Sequence record: MN871445.1
Length of the DNA stretch: 64,000 nt
Strand: one strand, 5' to 3'
Part shown: positions 37,012-47,014 of the stretch, one piece after another
Numbering within the stretch: the first letter of the stretch is position 1
Layout: the number at the start of each line of letters is the position of its first letter
Program-made: the position numbers and the translations under genes
Notes under the pieces: generated by a model
What the model was told of the DNA's origin: nothing
The model's database searches: none
Seen by the model: the letters and a program-made list of their open reading frames with translations, nothing else

Positions 37012-38529
37012 ATGAGAGTACTGAATTTCTTCCTGACGCATACTGGTACGCACTCTGACGCAATGCTGCGTTCCTACGACGTTTCGGTGTCTCAACAAAA
37101 CATCGACGCCGTAAGGGAAACAACATTGCGAGGTGCGGTAACCGACATGCGAGCTATTGCAATGGGGGTGACTGAAATAGCATCTTCGGTGATGCGTCAG
37201 AAAACAACTCCAGATGCAGTGGTTTCAATCCCCAACGGGATGGGTGAGCAGCGATTACGTTTCTATCTGGAAATAGAAACGGATCGTACTAGTCTCACAG
37301 TGAACCGTCAAATTATCACCGGATTCACCGATCACCTTGGTTATCACGACCATATGGGGCGGGTTAGTATTGACCCCAACATGCAATACTACCCTAATAA
37401 CATCATTTGTCTTAGGGACCAAATTACTTTCGACCCAGCGCGGGGTATCAATACCACCACCACCGTGGTGAGTGATAGCTCTCAGATTCTTCGCGGGGAT
37501 TGCCTGGTCGTAAATCCGGGGGTAGTGCAACCTCCAGTTCACGACGTCTGGGGACATCAAATGCCAGTCAGACCAATTGTGGCTGGAACGGTGAATGCGA
37601 ATGACGTCTATGCAGTTCGTCCGCAGGATGTATTTCGTCATAAAGCAGCTACCGAAATGGTCCGTCAGCATGGAGGTGGTGCTACTACCGATAAGCGCTT
37701 AAGTTTTATGGACGGGGTTCGTAAAAGTCATCGCGATAATGCCAATGGTACTCGGTATCTGGCCAAGACGTTGGCGGCAATGAACCAGGCGTACACCATG
37801 GATGATGCCGACAGTAACTACATCACTACCCTGTATAATCAGGCTGGGGGGTTAATCGGTGAGGCTACTATCGCCCAAGACCGCTTTCTGGGGATGTTAA
37901 ACTCCGGTGGTGGATTTACTCAACGGGGGTTCTTCACACACCAAGAACTACTCAACCACGTACCTGACGCGGAAAATATCGCTGTCATTATTAAACCAAC
38001 AACGCCCACCGAAATCAATGAGCTTTGCAACCGTGGCAACACCGATGGTTGGGGTGGTGGTGATTGGGAAACTTTGATTGCTACGCGTCTAAGTTCAGCA
38101 ACCCCGGGCATCATGATGGAATCCTCCATTTCCAGGATCTGGTTTGAAGGCACCAACATGACCCACAACGGGCGTTTCCAAATTAACATCATGCCCGATC
38201 ATTTCGCAATGATGACACAAGTGGCGGATGTAGAGTCCATGATTACCCGTTTTAAAATTAACATGGAAACGCAAGTGCTGCCAGGCATGCTGCCCAATAG
38301 CCAAATGCCGGTAACCGTAACCGCGGTAATGGACTGGGCCGGCGAATCGCGGATTTGGGTAAGTGTGGATGGTCGCCCACCGGTACCATTCGAGCACGCC
38401 AATTTCTGCGATGGTTTAAGCTCTCCGGTTATCTGTGCAAACCCGGAAGCGGCATCACACATCTCTAACGACCTGGTCAACCTGGCCGAATTAGCACGTT
38501 TACCTTACCATAATGCAATGGGGAATTAA
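37012..38529 (+). CDS. picA: PicA/Imp1 phage-nucleus protein import factor (phiKZ gp69-like)
   Basis: 505 aa directly after the gp68-like gene in the conserved gp67-gp70 block; assigned mainly by synteny and size. Confidence 0.72.
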   Translation: MRVLNFFLTHTGTHSDAMLRSYDVSVSQQNIDAVRETTLRGAVTDMRAIAMGVTEIASSVMRQKTTPDAVVSIPNGMGEQRLRFYLEIETDRTSLTVNRQIITGFTDHLGYHDHMGRVSIDPNMQYYPNNIICLRDQITFDPARGINTTTTVVSDSSQILRGDCLVVNPGVVQPPVHDVWGHQMPVRPIVAGTVNANDVYAVRPQDVFRHKAATEMVRQHGGGATTDKRLSFMDGVRKSHRDNANGTRYLAKTLAAMNQAYTMDDADSNYITTLYNQAGGLIGEATIAQDRFLGMLNSGGGFTQRGFFTHQELLNHVPDAENIAVIIKPTTPTEINELCNRGNTDGWGGGDWETLIATRLSSATPGIMMESSISRIWFEGTNMTHNGRFQINIMPDHFAMMTQVADVESMITRFKINMETQVLPGMLPNSQMPVTVTAVMDWAGESRIWVSVDGRPPVPFEHANFCDGLSSPVICANPEAASHISNDLVNLAELARLPYHNAMGN

Positions 38530-38531
38530 TA

Positions 38532-39917
38532 ATGAGCTTACACACTGAGTTAGTCGAAAAGTATCAGGACCTGCTAACCAGCATGGGACTAACTGTCGAC
38601 CTCCCCTACGTGCGTTTGGCTGAAAGCAACGGCGTTGAAACACCGGTTACGGTGCATGATAAACCGCTGGTTTTACCGACGCTCGATCTTCTGAAAGAAA
38701 ACAACTGGGATAGCCTGCAGCCATTCCATCCGCTGGCGGAAAACCCACTGCGGGGAGAATCAGTTATTCTCAAGAAACTTCGGGTTCTGGTGGCATTTCA
38801 TGCGACTAGCGTTATCCTGACCCTGGCTGAAGAACTGCTGACCATCGCGTCAGATGGCGCACTACAAGCTAAGTTATCTCCGAAGGCCAGTGAGTTTCTT
38901 TCTCACGTAGGTGACGTCGATGCGAAAACTCTGAAAGCAATGGACTCGGTACGGAAGAAAGTTACCGTACTTGGTGACCATCGTTTAGTTGGGTTCTATT
39001 TTAGTCGTCCCGGCGACCAACGTAAAGACAGTTACACCCGCCTGTGTCGCGTAGACTTTCCAATCTTCGATGCGCTGGCCGATAAAGAACCAACTATCTT
39101 CGGGGTGACTATGCGCCATCGAGATAAGAAAGCGATCCTTGGCGTATTGGATTGGCTAATCTATCCAAAACACGACGAAGATGCTGACCTGGCTGGGTTC
39201 TATAACGCCGGTACCAGAACCTTAAACGCACCGTATTTTGTTACGCTGATGTCGGCGTTCAAAAAACTGATGCATGAATTGAACAGCAAAATCAAACTGT
39301 TCAAGAAAACTATTCCGGATGTCGTCGCAGAAACACTGACCGATCTGAGCTGGGCGGATCTCATCGATGATATCGATCATTATCGCGATGTCATCCCGAC
39401 TCTTCCGGGTAATGAAGGTACGGTCTCCAGTCATCCTAAAAATGATGGCGCTGAAGTCAAAGGAACCCCAATGCTAAACATCAATACGCCGATTGGCGGT
39501 CAACGTGAAGAACCAACTCAGGTAACGCCACCGCCGGTTATCCGCCCTGCGCAGCAACAAGCTACTGAAGAAAGTGACGATGGGTATATCACGAATAGCC
39601 TCGGCATTCGTATGCCTAAATCACCCAATCTGACGCCTGCCCGCGTACCGATGCCGGTCCAAGCACCAACCCCGTACGTACCACCGGTCCCCACCTATGT
39701 AGCGCCACCGACAGTACAAGCGCCACCAGTTCAGGCGCAGGTACAATCGAACGGTAAAGTACGGATGGGCGATCTGATGCCAGGCGTGCAACAGCAACAG
39801 GCCGGTGGTTATCAACCACCTCAACCGTTGACTGGGCGTCAGGCATTCCGAGCCCAACAAACTGCACAGCAGGCTATCATCACCCCGGGGTTTATCCAAC
39901 CCCATCGTCGCTGGTAA
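38532..39917 (+). CDS. conserved core protein (phiKZ gp70-like) with Pro/Gln-rich tail
   Basis: FHPLAENP.RGES block; about 130-aa low-complexity C-terminus. Confidence 0.7.
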   Translation: MSLHTELVEKYQDLLTSMGLTVDLPYVRLAESNGVETPVTVHDKPLVLPTLDLLKENNWDSLQPFHPLAENPLRGESVILKKLRVLVAFHATSVILTLAEELLTIASDGALQAKLSPKASEFLSHVGDVDAKTLKAMDSVRKKVTVLGDHRLVGFYFSRPGDQRKDSYTRLCRVDFPIFDALADKEPTIFGVTMRHRDKKAILGVLDWLIYPKHDEDADLAGFYNAGTRTLNAPYFVTLMSAFKKLMHELNSKIKLFKKTIPDVVAETLTDLSWADLIDDIDHYRDVIPTLPGNEGTVSSHPKNDGAEVKGTPMLNINTPIGGQREEPTQVTPPPVIRPAQQQATEESDDGYITNSLGIRMPKSPNLTPARVPMPVQAPTPYVPPVPTYVAPPTVQAPPVQAQVQSNGKVRMGDLMPGVQQQQAGGYQPPQPLTGRQAFRAQQTAQQAIITPGFIQPHRRW

Positions 39918-39920
39918 CAT

Positions 39921-39955
39921 AACGGCATAAAGGGAGAGGCTTCGGCCTCTCCCTC
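39921..39955 (-). terminator. hairpin with TATG flank
   Basis: on the minus strand: gggagaggc-cgaa-gcctctccc-tttatgccg. Confidence 0.75.
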
Positions 39956-39977
39956 CCACCACTTCGACTATTTATTT

Positions 39978-40322
39978 TTACACACTACCAAATGTAGTGT
40001 TATAAGCAGAAGCCAGCTGCTGTAATGTGGTTTGATTGGGTATATACAGCGTTCGTATTGACGAATTAAATTCCCTAAAATGATACATGTAATTTAGTCG
40101 CATAATAAGCCAATACATGTAAGGAGAATACCCCAATGATTTTAAATAAAGTTCTGGGCGATATTCGTAAGTGTAAGCATCTTCCGGGGTAATGGAAAGT
40201 TCCGTTGTCGAAGCGAGGCTACGAATCCATTCGATATGGTCTTCAAATAATCGCCTAAACCCCAACAGGTAATAAACATCATTTCCTTGGTCAGCTGCTT
40301 TACTAATAAGCGATACGGTCAT
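39978..40322 (-). CDS. LysM-like baseplate wedge protein (T4 gp53-like)
   Basis: YEYRPELYL..LG....YWLIMRLN......F......LYIP pattern. Confidence 0.65.
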   Translation of the reverse strand: MTVSLISKAADQGNDVYYLLGFRRLFEDHIEWIRSLASTTELSITPEDAYTYEYRPELYLKSLGYSPYMYWLIMRLNYMYHFREFNSSIRTLYIPNQTTLQQLASAYNTTFGSV

Positions 40323-40337
40323 GAATGCCTCTCGATA

Positions 40338-40368
40338 GCCAAAATAATTATAGACCTATATTACTAGA
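40338..40368 (+). promoter_or_regulatory. early promoter
   Basis: aaaataattatagacc-TATATTAC. Confidence 0.8.
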
Positions 40369-40410
40369 ATGTAGTACCACAATAAATTGATAGAGTCATA
40401 GGATAAAAAC

Positions 40411-42477
40411 ATGGTAGAGTATATCCATAATGAGTTAACTGTTGAAAACCTGGGCGGTATATCCAGTCTTCAGGTTTTTCCAGGGAATAACTCAAGTCCG
40501 CGTGAACAAATGGCTACCAGCCAAATAGGTCAATCATTGCTCCCGTATGGTTGCGCAGAGCGGTTTCTACAGACGGGTGACGAATTTCAGTATGGGACAT
40601 GTACTTTCAATGTTAGTATTCCGGTAGATGCCGAAATTATTGATGTCGTGCATAAGGTTAATACTGCCGTTCATCACGGTAAAATCAAAGTCAATCCGGT
40701 GATGTCCGTTATTTGGCGCGATATCGATAAAGTGTCTGTATTCGGTGTAACTCATATTGAGCGATTTCATGCCGCACATCAGGCTTTCGGTATTCGCTAT
40801 AAAGAACACAAAACCAACATGGCTAAAATTCGACCTGGTATGGGGGTCGAACGTGGTACGGTACTGATGCATTCCCCAGGCATTTCTGAGACCGGCGCCT
40901 ATGCATATAGTGTCAACGCTAACGTGGCGTTCCTATCGGTCCCAGGGGTGGATAACGATGGGATTATCATGGGAAGTCAGCTCATCCATGATTTTACCGC
41001 AACCGGGATTGTTAGCCTCAATGCGAAATGGGGGTCTGATAAGTATCCATTGAATCTGTATGGCACAAAGGACTATTATCAACCGTTCCCTAACATTGGG
41101 GATAAAATCCGACCAGATGGACTGGTCATGGCGTTTCGAGAGTACGACCTCTTTAGCGCCGTTGTTGACATGACCCCTGAAGCTTTAATGGAAGTTGATT
41201 ATACTTGGGATACCTGTTATTACGGTAAACCAAATGGCGAGGTTCTGGACATCACGGTGTTGCATCAAAACACCCGCCCTGAAATCACCCCAACGGGAAT
41301 GTCCGAACAAGCCAGAATGTATTTCAACGAATCCCAGCGGTATTATGGCCAGTTAAGGAACACCTATAATGAATTACGTCGCAAGTATCGTAACCTTACG
41401 CTGACGCCAGCGCTGCAAAATCTGCTCGTTCGTGCAGAAGCAGAAAATCCGGAGCAGCAAAGCAACGTTCAGAAAACAATGCATAAAGACTCACTGGATG
41501 ATTGGCATGTGTATCTCACGTTTGCCTATGACGTCATCCCGTCGATCGGTTCAAAGCTCACAGACCACCATGGGGGTAAAGGTGTTATTGTCGGTATCTG
41601 GGACGAGCAAGACATGCCTATTGATGAATGGGGTACCCGGGCTGGATTAATCATGGACCCAGAATCCACCATTAACCGCATGAACCTAGGCCGTATCTAT
41701 GAGCACGGTACAAATTGGTATTCGGCCAGAATAATTAACCGGTTGCTATATCTGCGCGAAACTCGCCCCACTACATTCTATCAGGATGCGTGGGATGAAT
41801 TGATGCGGTATTACAAAACAGTATCCATTAGACATTATAGACTAATGGAACACCACTATCGTAATGATAAAGATATTATCAATCACGTCAACTATGTCAT
41901 GCAGTTCCGTGATGGTATTCATCTTCACATGCCGCCAGATCGTGAAGATGCGGGCTATCCGTCTTATTGCAATCTTAAAGAAACCTACCCTGAGTTCAAA
42001 GCAGGGCCGGTTGAATATAGGACTCGCAAAGGTCGTTGGATTACTACCAAGAAACCCGTTAAGATTGCTAGCATGGCAATCATTCTCTTAGAGAAAACCG
42101 GGGAAGATTGGTCCGCAGTATCCACGCCAAAAATGCAGCATTACGGTATCCCGGCGATGGTCACGAACGATGATAAGTATTCCACCCCCGGTCGTGAGCA
42201 GGCGGTTAAATTGCCAGGCGAAGCTGAAACTCGGTTGCTTGGTTCTACGGTTGGTGGTGACGTGACGGCAGACCTGGTCGATCTCCCGAATATTCCTGGA
42301 GGGCAAAAACAAATTGCGAAGACATTGTTGTTGGCAGAAAACCCATCCGATGTTGGGGATATCTTGAATAAAGAACAATTCCCTGATGGTTCCAATAGGG
42401 CACTCCAATTGAACAAACATGTTCTGCTTTGTTCCGGTATCACGTTTGCTTCTGAAGGTGACTCATGCGACAAATAA
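40411..42477 (+). CDS. nvRNAP beta C-terminal subunit (phiKZ gp71-73-like, uninterrupted here)
   Basis: NSSPREQM, D.DGII, GSKLTDHHGGKGVI, NRMNLG. Confidence 0.92.
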   Translation: MVEYIHNELTVENLGGISSLQVFPGNNSSPREQMATSQIGQSLLPYGCAERFLQTGDEFQYGTCTFNVSIPVDAEIIDVVHKVNTAVHHGKIKVNPVMSVIWRDIDKVSVFGVTHIERFHAAHQAFGIRYKEHKTNMAKIRPGMGVERGTVLMHSPGISETGAYAYSVNANVAFLSVPGVDNDGIIMGSQLIHDFTATGIVSLNAKWGSDKYPLNLYGTKDYYQPFPNIGDKIRPDGLVMAFREYDLFSAVVDMTPEALMEVDYTWDTCYYGKPNGEVLDITVLHQNTRPEITPTGMSEQARMYFNESQRYYGQLRNTYNELRRKYRNLTLTPALQNLLVRAEAENPEQQSNVQKTMHKDSLDDWHVYLTFAYDVIPSIGSKLTDHHGGKGVIVGIWDEQDMPIDEWGTRAGLIMDPESTINRMNLGRIYEHGTNWYSARIINRLLYLRETRPTTFYQDAWDELMRYYKTVSIRHYRLMEHHYRNDKDIINHVNYVMQFRDGIHLHMPPDREDAGYPSYCNLKETYPEFKAGPVEYRTRKGRWITTKKPVKIASMAIILLEKTGEDWSAVSTPKMQHYGIPAMVTNDDKYSTPGREQAVKLPGEAETRLLGSTVGGDVTADLVDLPNIPGGQKQIAKTLLLAENPSDVGDILNKEQFPDGSNRALQLNKHVLLCSGITFASEGDSCDK

Positions 42478-44396
42478 AAGCCAGGGACTTACTCAATCTG
42501 ACTCGTGAAGAACTCAATCACGACGAGCAATTCATGTTAGAGCTTGAGTTTGACGACGGCGTGATGGTGACATCCTGGCGCACTACGCTTTATAGTTGGT
42601 ATATTTGGGAGTTCCAACGGCGGTATCCCAAAGCACCATTGTTAATGCATCACCATGTGGGAAATCGTCGATTCAATAAAGGAACCACGAATAAAACGAT
42701 GAACCATTGTTTTTGGGATACTTTCAGCGCGTATGGTGGAGAACTTCATCCCGAAGACCTGGCCAAAACTGTCGATGATATTCGTCAACAATTATTCAAT
42801 GACGTGGAGTACGTCGAAGAGTATGTTCCGACATTAGATATCGATGATTTTATTGGGGTGCTAAACCACCCCAAAATCAAAGAAATCAATAATGCGGTTC
42901 AACCTAACGAGACTAGTATTCAGCAGGCCTATAAAGCAATTACCGTTGTATTGAAAGACGAAGACGAATTGCGAGATAATGAATTGGCTGAAGCCATTAA
43001 ATCAGAGTTTCCTAAAGTAGGACAGGCGCTACAGTGCGTTGGTCCTCGAGGCTATCTGACTGATATGGATTCTCACCGATTTGATTTTCCGATCCTAACG
43101 TCTTACGGTAACGGCATATATACGTTGGCTGAATCGCTGATTGAATCACGGTCAGCGACCAAGTCTCTCATATTTAACAAGGAGCTTATTAAAGAAACCG
43201 AATATTTCAACCGTGAGATGCAATTATTGTGTCACGTCATGGCTGGGCTATCGGGTAAAGATTGCGGCACTACTCGAACATTACCGGTACGTATTAGAAA
43301 TAAGGATGATTTGAAAACGTATAACGGTAAATATCGGGTCACGGATAAAGGGCTGGCTGCCATCAAATCAACGGACACTGAATTGATTGGCGAAATCGTC
43401 CGCATCAGGGCTGTAAGTTGTTGCGAAGAAAAAGCACGCGGGTATGTGTGTCCGGTTTGTTATGGTGACTTGCATTTATCGGTCCCGTATGGTTCTAATA
43501 TCGGGCATGTTGCAGCTACTGAGATTTGTCGTGAAATCACTCAGAGGGTATTGTCGAATAAACACCTTGACCAATCCTCGATGATTGAACGTATCGTCCT
43601 ATCTCAATACGATGCTAAATTCCTTACAGTGCATCCGTGCGGCTCCAAGCTCGGACTGGCGCAGGGGATTAAACCGGGAAGTGTGCGTATTCAGTTCAGC
43701 CGTAAGTGTGCGCCGTATTTGGCGGACATCAGAGGCATGGATGAAATTCCGGAACATAACCTGGCTCGCTATTCCCACATCGATAATGTCATTTTGAATA
43801 TCGATCGTCCTGGGGAAGTTACTTTGTCAGTACCCATCACTGTTGCGATGGGTTCCCGTATCGGTTATTTCACCGGCTCGTTCTTAAAGCACATGCGTGC
43901 TACCGGCTGGTCAATGACGGCTAACGGGGATTATGAAGTTTCCCTGACTGGGTGGGATAGCAAGCGCCCTATCTTCGCATTACCGATGAAACAGATGAAC
44001 ATGCTGGACTTCAAACAAGAGTTCGAAGCACTCATCAAACGCTCTAAGAAATACGGTACGGGGCGCCAATCTCCGGATCTTAACAATCCAGAAGTGATGG
44101 CGCAAGAAGTGCAAATTATGGCTGACCTCCTGAACTCCAAAATTTCGACCAACGTGGTTCATGTCGAAATCATGCTGCAGGCCACCATGGTGATATCTGA
44201 AAATGACCGGGATTATCGAATCCCGCATCCTACAGAACATCGCGAATATGGTGGGTTCAACAACTTGATTAGATTCAGAAGTATCTCTGGTGCATTGGCT
44301 CACGAAAAACAAGCTGATACATTGAATACCATGAGTTCTTATCTGGTAACGAACAGGCAACCGCATCCGGTATATGACCCGTTCTTGCGGGTATAA
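42465..44396 (+). CDS. nvRNAP beta' C-terminal subunit (phiKZ gp74-like)
   Basis: GPRGYLTD, ESRSA, DCGT, CPVCYG Zn site, TQRVLSNKH trigger-loop-like segment. Confidence 0.9.
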   Translation: MRQIKARDLLNLTREELNHDEQFMLELEFDDGVMVTSWRTTLYSWYIWEFQRRYPKAPLLMHHHVGNRRFNKGTTNKTMNHCFWDTFSAYGGELHPEDLAKTVDDIRQQLFNDVEYVEEYVPTLDIDDFIGVLNHPKIKEINNAVQPNETSIQQAYKAITVVLKDEDELRDNELAEAIKSEFPKVGQALQCVGPRGYLTDMDSHRFDFPILTSYGNGIYTLAESLIESRSATKSLIFNKELIKETEYFNREMQLLCHVMAGLSGKDCGTTRTLPVRIRNKDDLKTYNGKYRVTDKGLAAIKSTDTELIGEIVRIRAVSCCEEKARGYVCPVCYGDLHLSVPYGSNIGHVAATEICREITQRVLSNKHLDQSSMIERIVLSQYDAKFLTVHPCGSKLGLAQGIKPGSVRIQFSRKCAPYLADIRGMDEIPEHNLARYSHIDNVILNIDRPGEVTLSVPITVAMGSRIGYFTGSFLKHMRATGWSMTANGDYEVSLTGWDSKRPIFALPMKQMNMLDFKQEFEALIKRSKKYGTGRQSPDLNNPEVMAQEVQIMADLLNSKISTNVVHVEIMLQATMVISENDRDYRIPHPTEHREYGGFNNLIRFRSISGALAHEKQADTLNTMSSYLVTNRQPHPVYDPFLRV

Positions 44397-44496
44397 AGCG
44401 TCTAGGGGGTGGGTAAATCCCACCCCCAATTCTGTTGTGATTTTTACAACACCCCATAATTGTAGGACGCTATGCTTCAATGAGGATATTCTTAGC

Positions 44497-46056
44497 ATGT
44501 CAACGCCTAAGCTTGCTCAAATTGAAATATTCTCGCATGGGGTGCGTATATCTAAAGTCTCGCCAGAGATAGACCACATCATCCGAGAATTTTGTCACAC
44601 CTTCATCCAATATAAATTAGAGAAAGTCAATGGGCGGTGGGTTAAGAAACAGGACAAGATATATGGCTACATAAATAAAGTAGACCGTACGCTTCTTTTC
44701 CATCGCAATCAATTCCATGATTTCGTCAACCGTTGCAAGTTAAGCGGGTATGACATGGAACGGTTCGATCTGATTGAATACGAGATTGAACCTGGTGTTG
44801 ATACTTATATTAAAATGAAACCTGAATTCACGCTCAGGGAAAAACAAGTTCCAGCAGCTAACTGGTTGCGTGAGGATAATCGCATCCGTACGGCTGAACT
44901 GCAGACAGGATTTGGTAAAAGTTTCCTGTATTGTAATGAAGTCGCCGCTTCTGGTAAACGTGGTGGGTTGGTGGTGCTGCCCCGATATATCGACAAGTGG
45001 TATGGTGACTTCGGTAAGTACTACGATATTGAGCCTCAGGATATACTGCTAATCAAAAGCGGTAAGACCCTGATGGATGCCATGCTGTTGATTCGAGATG
45101 GTCGTTTGCCTGATTTCAAAGTAGCGATGTTCTCATTGTCCACCATTAACAAATTCATTGAGCACTTTGAATCTTCAGATGCTGAAACCTACATGTACCC
45201 CTTTACGCCGTTTGAATTTATGCAGCTTCTGGGCATTCATGTATTGGGTTTTGATGAAGTACACCAGTGTGCTTTGCAGGTGTTTACCACCATTATCCAT
45301 TTCCACGTACCAAAGCAGGTTTATTTATCCGCTACGTTAGTAAGCGATGATGATTTCACTTTGCAAATGTACAATGTTGCCTTTCCTAACGGTGAGCGGT
45401 TCAGGACCGTGGATTACAACAGATACATTGACGTGGTGGCCATTGAGTATGGGATAAGGGAACCCAGAAAGATACGGTGTTCTTATCGCGGTAAGGAATA
45501 TAATCATGCCGCATTTGAAGACAGCCTGCGACGTAACGGTAAGTTGTTTAAACAATACCTTAATCTCATCTGGTCGATTGTCAAACATGACTTCCTGACT
45601 ATGCGCACTCCAGGGATGAAGATGCTCATCTTTGCGGCCAAGAAAGAGACCTGTGATGCGATTGTAGGCCACATCAAGAAAAGGTTGGGAGATAACCCAG
45701 CTAATCTGAGAGTGTCTAAATACGTCGCTGAGGACGCATACGAGGTATTGCTAGAATCGGATATTACTGCATCAACCTTAGGTTCATCGGGTACTGCCGT
45801 GGATATTCCGGATCTCGTAAAAGTGTTGATGACTAACAACCTGGCGGCGATTGCCGCAAATATCCAGGCGGTAGGTCGTTTGCGCGAACTGAAGAAATGG
45901 CCTGACGTGAAATTGGAATTCTTCTATTTGTATTGTAGAGACATTCCAAAACATGTCGAGTACCATCGTAAGAAAATAGGGGACCTGAAAGGACGGGTTC
46001 GGAGTCATCGTACTCTGGTTTCACCTGTAACCTTGGATGTGAACTTACCGGCATAA
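44497..46056 (+). CDS. SF2 DExH helicase (UvsW-like, phiKZ gp75-like)
   Basis: LQTGFGKS, DEVH, SAT and QAVGRLR; GAGGA RBS before ATG 44497. Confidence 0.9.
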   Translation: MSTPKLAQIEIFSHGVRISKVSPEIDHIIREFCHTFIQYKLEKVNGRWVKKQDKIYGYINKVDRTLLFHRNQFHDFVNRCKLSGYDMERFDLIEYEIEPGVDTYIKMKPEFTLREKQVPAANWLREDNRIRTAELQTGFGKSFLYCNEVAASGKRGGLVVLPRYIDKWYGDFGKYYDIEPQDILLIKSGKTLMDAMLLIRDGRLPDFKVAMFSLSTINKFIEHFESSDAETYMYPFTPFEFMQLLGIHVLGFDEVHQCALQVFTTIIHFHVPKQVYLSATLVSDDDFTLQMYNVAFPNGERFRTVDYNRYIDVVAIEYGIREPRKIRCSYRGKEYNHAAFEDSLRRNGKLFKQYLNLIWSIVKHDFLTMRTPGMKMLIFAAKKETCDAIVGHIKKRLGDNPANLRVSKYVAEDAYEVLLESDITASTLGSSGTAVDIPDLVKVLMTNNLAAIAANIQAVGRLRELKKWPDVKLEFFYLYCRDIPKHVEYHRKKIGDLKGRVRSHRTLVSPVTLDVNLPA

Positions 46057-46154
46057 TTCTGACCTAAGGAATACGAGGTGTCTATTAAGGGCACCTCGTA
46101 ATCTGGTATTAGACAAATGTTCTAAACTGATTTAATCATTTTGGGGTTACGCAC

Positions 46155-46520
46155 ATGTCAATCGATATTACCGAACAAGATTGGAGAGAAGTAGATGTAA
46201 CGACAGACCGCCTTGCTGCAACGGCCTGCCCAGTTGATGATGACCTTTACGATGAAATTGAACATTTCATCGAATTCATTAAACCGATAGCCCATGCCAG
46301 AACCCCTTTTCGATTGGGTTCATTATATCGACAATGGCGTGATTATCGGGGACAGGATATTATCTATTCTCTGTCCCTCAACGAGCTTAAGCGAGTCTGG
46401 ACTGCAATAGCGGTGGTTTGTAACTCTAAGTCCTTACCATCGTATTGCGGCCAAATACCTGAACAATGTATTCTTTACGATAATGCGACTCACCGCATTG
46501 TTCGGTATCTTAAAGATTGA
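46155..46520 (+). CDS. hypothetical protein
   Basis: GGGG RBS; flanked by hairpins. Confidence 0.6.
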   Translation: MSIDITEQDWREVDVTTDRLAATACPVDDDLYDEIEHFIEFIKPIAHARTPFRLGSLYRQWRDYRGQDIIYSLSLNELKRVWTAIAVVCNSKSLPSYCGQIPEQCILYDNATHRIVRYLKD

Positions 46521-46524
46521 TGTG

Positions 46525-46568
46525 TCGGCATAAAGGGAGAGGCTTCGGCCTCTCCCTGTTTATGTTGC
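46525..46568. terminator. bidirectional hairpin with CATA/TATG flanks
   Basis: tcggcataaa-gggagaggc-ttcg-gcctctccc-tgtttatgttg. Confidence 0.8.
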
Positions 46569-46571
46569 CTT

Positions 46572-46898
46572 TTATTTTTTGGCTTTTTTCTTCTCTTCAG
46601 CTAATGCCCGCTCAAGCTTAGTTTGTTCACTCTCAGCTTGGTTGACTCCCTCAGAGTTAGCCAATTCGCATTCCTGCAGTATCCACTCGATCATGTGTCT
46701 GGGTAAAGCCATGAACTCAGTGAACCCCAACCCAAACAAATCCCAAACACGTTGCGCTCTATACTCACGCATCCTCAACTGCCACCCAGTATGTACGCCC
46801 AGAGCTTCGCTCGGGTGTACTAATTGACTGGCAAATGGGGGTATCTTACCAGACCGATCATCGAACAACCCGTAGGTTGTATCGTAGGCTTCCATCAT
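46572..46898 (-). CDS. tail-assembly-chaperone T-like segment (T4 gp51-like); probably translated through a -1 frameshift from the upstream gene
   Basis: VWDLFGLGFTEFMALP..I.W motif; no SD before the ATG; the frame is open back to and beyond the slippery site at 47054-47060. Confidence 0.6.
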   Translation of the reverse strand: MMEAYDTTYGLFDDRSGKIPPFASQLVHPSEALGVHTGWQLRMREYRAQRVWDLFGLGFTEFMALPRHMIEWILQECELANSEGVNQAESEQTKLERALAEEKKKAKK

Positions 46899-47014
46899 GG
46901 TAACTTGAAGGGCGATGGAGTTAGTGATAGTCGGTTTGATTTTCTCAAGCGCAAGTAGGTCATTGTGAACCCCCCTAGGCGGTAAACCAAACCTAGGGTG
47001 GGTAACGTGCAGAC

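Noticed and set aside
46901-46969. 22-codon ORF (MTYLRLRKS...) between the chaperone genes
   Set aside because: It is very short and lies in the 0 frame after the stop. The long open -1 frame over the same bases explains the region better.
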